Shown: positions 57,125 to 64,000 of the stretch, piece by piece
How positions within the stretch are numbered: position 1 is the stretch's first letter
How the letters are laid out: each line of letters begins with the position of its first letter
Assembly: GCA_002296525.1 (NCBI GenBank)
Contig: DBIA01000035.1
Coordinates: forward strand, 22,732 to 86,731
Reading direction: 5' to 3'
DNA length: 64,000 nt
Source: Candidatus Neomicrothrix sp. UBA814
GTDB taxonomy: Bacteria; Actinomycetota; Acidimicrobiia; Acidimicrobiales; Poriferisodalaceae
Notes under the pieces: model-generated
Told to the model about the DNA's origin: nothing
The model's input: only the letters and a program-made list of their open reading frames with translations
The model's database searches: none
Position numbers and translations under genes: made by a program

Positions 57125-57994
57125 GTGAACGCGAACCCAAGCGAAGCGACGGAAGTCTCGCAACCCGAGATGTTGGATTCTGAGGGCGGGGGACAAATCG
57201 CTCTCCACTGTTTGGGCGGAGAAGGACCGCCTCTGCTGTTTGTCCATGCCACCGGGTTTAACGCTCGGACTTACGGCCCATTTGTCAAAAACCTGGCCCG
57301 TCATTTCACCGTTTGGGCGCCTGATTTACGTTCCCATGGTTGGAGTACGGCGCCTCTCGATGGGGACTATGAATGGACGAGTTTGGCCAGAGATCTCCTT
57401 CACGTAGTCGACCACCTGAAAATCGGTGATGGTCAACTCGATTGTGTTGGTCACTCGATCGGAGCGGCTACTTTGCTGCTAGCTGACTACCAGCGCCCTG
57501 GTCTGATCCGTCGCATGTATGGATACGAACCTGTTATGTGGAGACCAGGTGAAGCCTTTCCTCCTGGTGAAAACCCGTTGATAGCTGGCGCGCAGAAGAG
57601 GCGAGAAGTATTTGAATCTCGAGGCGAGGCAATGGAGAGATTCGCGAGTCGAGCGCCTTTCGCGAGTTGTCGAGCTGATGCGCTTCTTAGCTACGTATCG
57701 AACGCATTTGAAGATATCGAGGGTGGGTCCGTGCGCTTACGATGTCGAGGAGATGAAGAAGCCAAGGTTTACGACGGCGAGCGGGTTTCAACTAATGACA
57801 AAATTGTTGATTGCGCAGCTGAAGTTGTAATCGGCAAAGGAATGGAACAGCAATTTGGGAACCTTGGAATACCGGCGGCAGAAGCTCTCAAAAATTCGTC
57901 GCTAATTGTCTACGAAGACTTAACCCACTTTGGGCCGCTTGAAGCGCCCGACCGATTAGCCGGCGATGCGCTGCGGGCTCTTGGGGTGGGTTAG
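57125..57994 (+). CDS. alpha/beta hydrolase
   Basis: Oxyanion HATGF, nucleophile elbow GHSIGA, and a C-terminal His (LTHFGP). The start could be GTG 57125 or ATG 57170. Confidence 0.8.
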   Translation: MNANPSEATEVSQPEMLDSEGGGQIALHCLGGEGPPLLFVHATGFNARTYGPFVKNLARHFTVWAPDLRSHGWSTAPLDGDYEWTSLARDLLHVVDHLKIGDGQLDCVGHSIGAATLLLADYQRPGLIRRMYGYEPVMWRPGEAFPPGENPLIAGAQKRREVFESRGEAMERFASRAPFASCRADALLSYVSNAFEDIEGGSVRLRCRGDEEAKVYDGERVSTNDKIVDCAAEVVIGKGMEQQFGNLGIPAAEALKNSSLIVYEDLTHFGPLEAPDRLAGDALRALGVG

Positions 57995-58761
57995 GTCGAC
58001 CCGTTCAATTGATTTTCGTCGAGGAATTTAACGAACTGCTCGACCAAGAATTTTGGCTGGTCTCGATGCGCTATATGTCCGCATTCGGGAATAAAGGTAC
58101 CGGTGGCATGAGGGACCTCACGGATAACGCCGTGCACCATTTCCTCAGTTGCGTATTCATCGCGGTCGCCCTGCAGTACGAGAAGCGGACAAGTGATCTT
58201 TGAAAGAAGGTTGCGAATATCGAAAGTGGCAAACCTTGGATCGAGCCAGATTTTCGCCCAGCGGTCAAATGTGGTTCCAGGATCACTGTGGTGACGTGAC
58301 ATTCCGTCAACAATTAAATTCCGTCTAGCGACAGCAGATTGCACCCCTTCGATCACTGCTGTTTCGACATAGATGTGCGCAGCGATGGTCACCACAGCAG
58401 TCGGACTGACCATAGGGGAGGAAGCAGCGATCAACGAAATTGTGCCTCCATCACTGTGACCAAAAAGAATTGGCTTTGAAATATTCAGTTGTTTCAATAG
58501 AGCTGGCAGCGTCTCGCTAGCTTCGAGATGCATGAAGTCAGGGTCGTACTGGCTGTTATTCGCTGAAGACCTTCCGTAGCCGGTTCTGTCGTAGAGAAGC
58601 ACGGGTAGCCCAGTTAGGGCGTGGATACTATCGGGGAGGTCACGCCATTGAGTGATTGACCCCAAGCCTTCATGCAACATCACAATGGTTGGGCGTCCAT
58701 CAAGGACACCTAAAGTCTTGACAGCTATCTGCTCTCCCGAAACTTTTACGAATTCAATCAT
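57991..58761 (-). CDS. alpha/beta hydrolase
   Basis: HEGLGS oxyanion region, nucleophile elbow GHSDGG, and C-terminal CGHIAH. I chose the internal ATG at 58761. The 3' end overlaps the convergent hydrolase gene by 4 nt. Confidence 0.8.
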   Translation of the reverse strand: MIEFVKVSGEQIAVKTLGVLDGRPTIVMLHEGLGSITQWRDLPDSIHALTGLPVLLYDRTGYGRSSANNSQYDPDFMHLEASETLPALLKQLNISKPILFGHSDGGTISLIAASSPMVSPTAVVTIAAHIYVETAVIEGVQSAVARRNLIVDGMSRHHSDPGTTFDRWAKIWLDPRFATFDIRNLLSKITCPLLVLQGDRDEYATEEMVHGVIREVPHATGTFIPECGHIAHRDQPKFLVEQFVKFLDENQLNGST

Positions 58762-58817
58762 GGGGCAGGCTCGATGATTGACTACCTGATCTTGTTTTTG
58801 CAAGTACTTTGCCGTTA

Positions 58818-59345
58818 ATGGTGTTTCGCCCAATCATTGGCACGTTGGTGTACCTCCTAGACCGCGAGAGTAATAGCGTTCTGCTTATAAAGCGTGATGC
58901 GCGCCCGCAGGATGATCATTATGGAAAGTTCAACGGACTCGGTGGAAAGTTAGAACTTGACGAATCGGTTGTAGCGGGTGTCTGTCGCGAGTTCGAAGAA
59001 GAGTCAGGGGCGGCGCTAAAACATTTCTCCTTGAGAGGCACTGTTACTTGGTCAAATTTCGGACCAAAACGAGAAGAGTGGCTCGGCTTCATATTTCTTG
59101 CGGAATCTTGGGAAGGTGAGATTGCCGCAGGTAATGACGAGGGCTCACTCATCTGGGTGGAGCTTGAACGATTACTACAGGCCTGCGACGACGATGAGGA
59201 AAAGCGTGCCGAAGCGAACCTCCCCATGTGGGCGGGAGATCGTCACTTTGTTCCGATGGTCTTCGATGAGGACCAACGGCAATTCCACGGCACGATGCCA
59301 TATGACGGAGATACGCCTATCGGGTGGAGCTATTCGAGGATTTGA
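58818..59345 (+). CDS. NUDIX hydrolase
   Basis: Nudix box GLGGKLELDESVVAGVCREFEEESG. The ATG at 58818 is preferred over the TTG at 58809. Confidence 0.85.
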   Translation: MVFRPIIGTLVYLLDRESNSVLLIKRDARPQDDHYGKFNGLGGKLELDESVVAGVCREFEEESGAALKHFSLRGTVTWSNFGPKREEWLGFIFLAESWEGEIAAGNDEGSLIWVELERLLQACDDDEEKRAEANLPMWAGDRHFVPMVFDEDQRQFHGTMPYDGDTPIGWSYSRI

Positions 59346-59348
59346 GAA

Positions 59349-60767
59349 TTACAAGCGAACGTATTCGTAATCGATGGGTTGAGTATGAATGCCTGACATT
59401 GGGGGAGCGATCCAACTTGCCATTTGGCCAGGGGCATAAACGGGTTGCATCAGAGAGATAACGAAGTCCCTATCGGAGTCAGTCGGCAGGAAATTCGATT
59501 CGCTGCTTTCCCAGTCCGACTCTGAGAGGATTTCCCCTGAAGGAGCGACAAATGCGTCCCGGTAAATGCCAACCTGTCGGTGGAAAGCCTCATTAGGTAG
59601 ATCCAAACGGTATTCGATGCCGTGTTCTTCAAGTATCCGATTCCAGCGGCGCATTCCCTTAGCGCAGTCTTCAATGTAGGACCGTCTTAACTGTTCGTTA
59701 ACAACCGTGATCTTTGAACGTGATGTTTCTAGCCAACGGCCGTCGACGATTTCACTGATGGCGTCTTCGTCGTTAACCAAAACGTGATCGTCTTCATACG
59801 ACGGCTCAGCAAATCTGCCTTTTAGACCGGCAGAGTAGTAGTTGGCCGCATTGGTCGAGGTTTCGGAGCCAAAGAGATCAAGTGAAACGGAGAAATGAAA
59901 GTTGATGTACTTCTGCAGGGTAGGAAGGTCAATCGCGCCGTAGGACCGCACGTCATCGGTGTCGCACTCTTTCATCACTTCGCAAGTTCTTTGAATCACT
60001 CGCGCAATACCCGAAGCGCCCACAAACATGTGGTGGGCCTCTTCCTTCAACATGAAGTCGCAGGTCCTGCTCAGCGGGTCGAACGCTGATTCTTTTAGAG
60101 CCCCTAACTGGTACTTGCCGTCCCGGTCAGTGAAGTAAGTAAACAACAGGAATGACAGCCAGTCGGATGTCTTTTCGTTGAAGGCCCCGAGAATGCGAGG
60201 ATGATCAGGGTCTCCGGAGTTCCTTTGGAGGAGGGCGTCTGCTTCTTCTCGCCCGTCGCGCCCGAAGTGCGCATGTAGTAAGTAGACCATGGCCCAAAGG
60301 TGACGGCCTTCTTCGACATTTATTTGGAACAAGTTCCGCAAGTCGTAGAGGGATGGTGCAGTCTTTCCTAAATAACGCTGCTGTTCTACTGAAGCGGGCT
60401 CGGTGTCACCCTGCACAACTATCAACCGACGTAGGTCAGTTCGAAATTCTCCTGGAACTTCTTGCCAAACCGGCTCACCTTTCATTTCGCCGAAACCTAT
60501 CCGCCGGTCCGCTTCTGGTTCCGAAAGAAATATGCCCCATCGATAGTCCGGGAGTTTTACATGCGAGAAATGCGCCCAACCCTCCCGACCTACATCTACA
60601 GCTGTGCGCAAGTAAATTTCATTATCTTGAAACCCGACTGGCCCCATTTCTAACCACCAGTCGGCAAATCGAGGTTGCCAGTTCTCAAGAGCCCGTTGAA
60701 GACGTCGATCACCGGCAAGATTGACGTTATTTGGGATCTTCTCTGAGTAGTCGATTTGTTGAGTCAT
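59349..60767 (-). CDS. boxB: benzoyl-CoA 2,3-epoxidase (benzoyl-CoA oxygenase) component B, di-iron
   Basis: N-terminus QQIDYSEKIPNNVNLAGDRRLQRALENWQP, plus ExxH di-iron motifs (EEGRHLW, EEAHHMF) typical of BoxB. Confidence 0.88.
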   Translation of the reverse strand: MTQQIDYSEKIPNNVNLAGDRRLQRALENWQPRFADWWLEMGPVGFQDNEIYLRTAVDVGREGWAHFSHVKLPDYRWGIFLSEPEADRRIGFGEMKGEPVWQEVPGEFRTDLRRLIVVQGDTEPASVEQQRYLGKTAPSLYDLRNLFQINVEEGRHLWAMVYLLHAHFGRDGREEADALLQRNSGDPDHPRILGAFNEKTSDWLSFLLFTYFTDRDGKYQLGALKESAFDPLSRTCDFMLKEEAHHMFVGASGIARVIQRTCEVMKECDTDDVRSYGAIDLPTLQKYINFHFSVSLDLFGSETSTNAANYYSAGLKGRFAEPSYEDDHVLVNDEDAISEIVDGRWLETSRSKITVVNEQLRRSYIEDCAKGMRRWNRILEEHGIEYRLDLPNEAFHRQVGIYRDAFVAPSGEILSESDWESSESNFLPTDSDRDFVISLMQPVYAPGQMASWIAPPMSGIHTQPIDYEYVRL

Positions 60768-60793
60768 GAACAAAAGCGCGATCGGAATATTGG

Positions 60794-62395
60794 TTAGGTT
60801 CGTCGGTTATCAAATTTAGGACGGGACCCAGTCCCGTACCGCTGCAAAGATCCTTCAGGCCCACTTGCGTTTGGTCTAGTAAACACCCAATTCTGCCAGG
60901 CTGAAAGCCTCGCAAAAATCTTCGTAGCCATAGTTTCTGGTCCGCAGAATCGCTGATTGGCCTCCATGGCCGTTAAGGCATCGGCAGAAAAGCTTGAACG
61001 CTCTTCGATAAATAGCCTCAGCTCATCATCCCAGTCGAGATCGTCGGGCGTTGTTGTTGCTAGTCCGAAACTCGAAGCCTGAGAAGCCATCAAATCCCTA
61101 TTGAGGGCCTCGGAAATTCTGCCCAAAGAGTCTTCATCTCCCCATAAACGCGAAGCCAGTCGGCTTAGCCCGTTCCACATCGGTAATCGACCCAAATTGC
61201 TTTCAGTAACTCGGATGCTGGCAGGCGCTAGCGGAACCATTTGCTCCTCGAACCGTCCTTCCAGCATGAAGGTTCTATCTGCTGCAAGTGCCAATTCAAG
61301 AAGTACTCCCACAAAGCACGAACCAGGTTCAATCGCTGCAACCAACGTCTTGGACATCAGATCAAGTCTGCTTAAACAGCGTCTCCACAACAGTGCTGTC
61401 TCAAGTTGGAGGTTGTCTTCTGACAGTCGAAGTTCTTGATCTAAGGCAGCGGCGTCTTCGGTCAATCCTTCGGTTCTCAAAATGAGTGAACCGATTTCCG
61501 GAAAGTCGAACCGTAACCGGCAAAGTGCGTCATCGAGCTCGCGTGCGGTCTGAAGTAACCAATCCGATGTCCGCTCTACAGAAACGGTTAGCTCCGCATG
61601 TGTATCTGCGAGCTTCAAACTTACTGAGGTGTAGTTGATTGAATCTTGCTCGACGGAAATCCTTAGCGGTGACAACGAAGCAGGCTCTCCATCTAATCGC
61701 GTACTGGTAGCAGCAAGAACTGCGGCTCGGCGACCCACGGCATCGTTGAATTCAGTTGGTGGTGCTAACTCGTCAACGAGTCCCCACTCCAAAGCTTCAT
61801 TACCGGAGATTCCCTCTGCTTTGGTGGCAAAAATATCTGCTCTATCGCGACGAACGTGCCTCTTGTCGGTGAGTCGAGTTAGACCTCCGGTACCGGGAAG
61901 GACTCCCAATAGCGGCACTTCGGGCAGAGAAACGGAAGTGTTTCTGTCGTCAACCAACAGAATGTGGTCGCAGGCCAACGCGAGCTCATAACCCCCGCCC
62001 GAACAAGCACCATTCACCGCTGCAAGAAAGCGAATTCCGCTTAGTTCACTCGCTTCTTCTATCTCTAAACGCGTCTCATTTGTGAACTTACAAAAGTTCA
62101 CTTTGTGGGAATGGTCGGCTGCAGCAAGCATTCGTATGTTGGCCCCAGCGCAGAACATGCCTTCGAGGGCACTTTTAATTACGACGCATTTAACGCTGGT
62201 GTGAACGAGCCGAATATGTCGGATCGCGTTAGCGAGTTCGATGTCTACATCAATGTCGTAGCTGTTGAGCTTTAGCTCATAGTCACCAAAAGCCGGTGAT
62301 TGTGAATCAACGGCGAGCTCTAAGGTCGCCACATTGTCGTCAACCAGCAATCTCCAATGGCGAAAGGTGTTGGGTTGAATTTCGAAAGTTGTCAT
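60794..62395 (-). CDS. boxC: 2,3-epoxybenzoyl-CoA dihydrolase (benzoyl-CoA-dihydrodiol lyase)
   Basis: 533 aa double-crotonase protein. Has the NSYD block (LKLNSYDIDVDIEL), then FCAGANI, KVNFCKFTNETR, GGGYELALACDHILLVDDRNTSVSLPEVPLLGVLPGTGGLTR. Confidence 0.88.
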   Translation of the reverse strand: MTTFEIQPNTFRHWRLLVDDNVATLELAVDSQSPAFGDYELKLNSYDIDVDIELANAIRHIRLVHTSVKCVVIKSALEGMFCAGANIRMLAAADHSHKVNFCKFTNETRLEIEEASELSGIRFLAAVNGACSGGGYELALACDHILLVDDRNTSVSLPEVPLLGVLPGTGGLTRLTDKRHVRRDRADIFATKAEGISGNEALEWGLVDELAPPTEFNDAVGRRAAVLAATSTRLDGEPASLSPLRISVEQDSINYTSVSLKLADTHAELTVSVERTSDWLLQTARELDDALCRLRFDFPEIGSLILRTEGLTEDAAALDQELRLSEDNLQLETALLWRRCLSRLDLMSKTLVAAIEPGSCFVGVLLELALAADRTFMLEGRFEEQMVPLAPASIRVTESNLGRLPMWNGLSRLASRLWGDEDSLGRISEALNRDLMASQASSFGLATTTPDDLDWDDELRLFIEERSSFSADALTAMEANQRFCGPETMATKIFARLSAWQNWVFTRPNASGPEGSLQRYGTGSRPKFDNRRT

Positions 62396-62523
62396 CTGGT
62401 TGTCCTTACAGATGAATCACTACGAGAACTAGCGGTCAACTTCTAGGATGCCTTCTTGCGTTTTCGTTTCACACTCTAAACACATGAGAAGCTGTAGCCG
62501 ATGCCTATGCGAAGGGAAATCTT

Positions 62524-64000
62524 TTGTCAGATAACGCAGTGAACCGCTTTCTTGTTGAGCCGGCACAACTCTCTCCGGACGCAATAGCAGTCATTGACGC
62601 GTCGACCGGAGAGAGAACCACACGAGCCGAGCTCTTGCAGGCAACACGAAGTGTGGCCCGTCTCCTCCTAAGCCGCGGAGTTGTACCTGAGCAACGAATC
62701 ATCATGTGCTGTCTCGACAGCAAAGCATTCCTTGCTTGGTTTTGGGGAACTATGTGGATAGGAGCGGTCCCCGTTCCCGTATCGACCATGCTTACGGAAA
62801 AGGATTACCAGTTTCTTATAGAGGATTCCCGAGCGGTGGGACTCGTGATCTCGGACGCGCTCAAGGAATCGGTTGGTCAAGCTGCTGAAAATCAACCTTT
62901 TCTTTCGTGGACTCAAAAAGATGATGATGTTCCGGAACTTAACGTGGATGCAGAGTTCGGCACTCCATTCCCGGCTGTGGACGACGACATCGCTTTTTGG
63001 TTGTACACGTCGGGCACGACCGGCTTTCCTAAAGGAGCGATGCATCGTCACGCCGATCTTGCGTTTTGTACCGATATGTACGCCAAAGCTGTTCTTGGTA
63101 TGAACAGCGAAGACGTTGTTTACTCTGTAGCGAAGCTTTTCTTCGCCTACGGCCTTGGTAATGCCGGTTACTTCCCTCCGGGAACTGGAGCGTCTGCGAT
63201 CCTAAATCCGGGCCGGCCGGTACCAGAAGACATCGCCGAACACTTACGTGTATATCGCCCGACCATTTTTTTTGGCGTACCCACGTCCTACGGCCAGCTT
63301 CTAAGTTCTGAAATTCCGGACGGCACATTCGAGTCAGTTCGAATCGCAATTTCAGCAGGCGAACCGCTCCCAGCCGACATCCACCGACGTTTTCAGGAAC
63401 GTTTTGGCGTTGAAATTTTGGATGGGCTTGGCACTACTGAACTGGCTCATATCGCCATTTCCAATCGGCCTGGTAATTCAGTGGCGGGAACAAGCGGGAC
63501 CGTCGTTGATGGCTATGAGGTTTCGATCAGGGACGAAAATGGTCATGAAGTAGCCGATGGGGAGGCGGGAACGCTTCACATCAAGGGCGAATCAGTCATG
63601 GTCGGTTATTGGAATAGGACGGCGCGTAGCCGACAAGCATTAGTCGGCGAGTTTCTTGCCACAGGTGACTCGTACATGCGCAATTCCGACGGTACCTACA
63701 CCTGTCTAGGTCGGTCCGATGACATGCTGAAAGTAGGAGGAATTTGGGTTAGTCCTACCGAAGTTGAGTCGTGCATCCTTGAGTTGCAAGAAATTGCGCA
63801 AGTTGCAGTAGTGGGCGCTGAAGACGATGAAGGGTTAGTGAAACCCAAGGCCTTCGTCGTGTTAGAAGCAGCAGTTGAGGGAGATGGAATCGCCAACGTG
63901 ATCCAAGATCACGTTCGTAACCATCTCGCACCGTTTAAATACCCTCGGTGGGTAGAGATTGTCGATGAGCTCCCTCAGACGGCTACCGGCAAAATCAAGC
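62524..64000 (+). CDS. benzoate-CoA ligase (aromatic acid-CoA ligase), 3' end outside the window
   Basis: The frame is open from 62488 to the window edge. LYTSGTTGFPKGAMHRH and AKLFFAYGLGN are typical of benzoate/4-hydroxybenzoate-CoA ligases. There is no ATG near the 5' end, so the TTG at 62524 (AAGGGA upstream) or the GTG at 62539 is the likely start. Divergent from boxCB. Confidence 0.8.
   Translation, partial: MSDNAVNRFLVEPAQLSPDAIAVIDASTGERTTRAELLQATRSVARLLLSRGVVPEQRIIMCCLDSKAFLAWFWGTMWIGAVPVPVSTMLTEKDYQFLIEDSRAVGLVISDALKESVGQAAENQPFLSWTQKDDDVPELNVDAEFGTPFPAVDDDIAFWLYTSGTTGFPKGAMHRHADLAFCTDMYAKAVLGMNSEDVVYSVAKLFFAYGLGNAGYFPPGTGASAILNPGRPVPEDIAEHLRVYRPTIFFGVPTSYGQLLSSEIPDGTFESVRIAISAGEPLPADIHRRFQERFGVEILDGLGTTELAHIAISNRPGNSVAGTSGTVVDGYEVSIRDENGHEVADGEAGTLHIKGESVMVGYWNRTARSRQALVGEFLATGDSYMRNSDGTYTCLGRSDDMLKVGGIWVSPTEVESCILELQEIAQVAVVGAEDDEGLVKPKAFVVLEAAVEGDGIANVIQDHVRNHLAPFKYPRWVEIVDELPQTATGKIK

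Noticed and set aside
62485-62487. TGA just upstream of the benzoate-CoA ligase frame, considered as recoding
   Set aside because: No homology-supported coding sequence is evident in frame upstream of this TGA. The ligase N-terminus is adequately explained by a TTG or GTG start.
1-64000. CRISPR arrays, IS elements, rRNA, toxin-antitoxin or known defence-system gene sets
   Set aside because: Reading the ORF set and the intergenic regions turned up none. Every intergenic space longer than 100 nt was inspected and is listed above where it had structure.

Overview
This is a dense chromosomal segment with almost no intergenic gaps. I call about 62 protein genes, one tRNA-Pro and one tandem glycine riboswitch. 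I saw no rRNA, CRISPR array, transposase, integrase or obvious prophage or defence module.

Several features point to an actinobacterium of moderate GC, possibly Acidimicrobiia-like (inference only):
- the gcvH / GarA-type FHA / bifunctional-nuclease / MerR gene order;
- mutA-mutB plus meaB;
- a mycothione-reductase-like flavoprotein;
- several luciferase-like (F420-type) oxidoreductases.

The core genes are tyrA' (3' end), an aroA-cmk fusion, plsC, ispH, a PDZ/radical-SAM DUF512 gene, der, nrdAB, mutAB/meaB, leuS, thrB, gcvH, msrB, gcvTP, serB and pgsA.

The accessory metabolism falls into three groups:
- a TauD-type dioxygenase, LLM oxidoreductases and crotonases;
- an operon with a NicX-like ring-cleavage dioxygenase, an acyl-CoA ligase, a beta-hydroxyacid dehydrogenase and a class-V aminotransferase;
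- an aerobic benzoyl-CoA (box) cluster, boxC-boxB divergent from a benzoate-CoA ligase that runs off the 3' edge.

The most notable hidden signal is that two genes are truncated in the six-frame ORF track. Each carries an in-frame UGA exactly at its catalytic cysteine position:
- selD (LTQYSHGAG-U-ACK);
- an ArsC-type arsenate reductase (FHNPH-U-GSSKNAL).

Both UGAs are followed by hairpins that could be SECIS elements. The two genes bracket the glycine-riboswitch-controlled gcvT-gcvP genes, within a minus-strand array of 12 genes (serB to the 2OG oxygenase) with only short gaps.

selD itself is tightly packed with a nucleoside hydrolase, an orphan J-domain protein, a NadD-like nucleotidyltransferase and a 2OG-Fe(II) oxygenase. 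All functional calls rest on motif and family recognition by eye. No database search was run.
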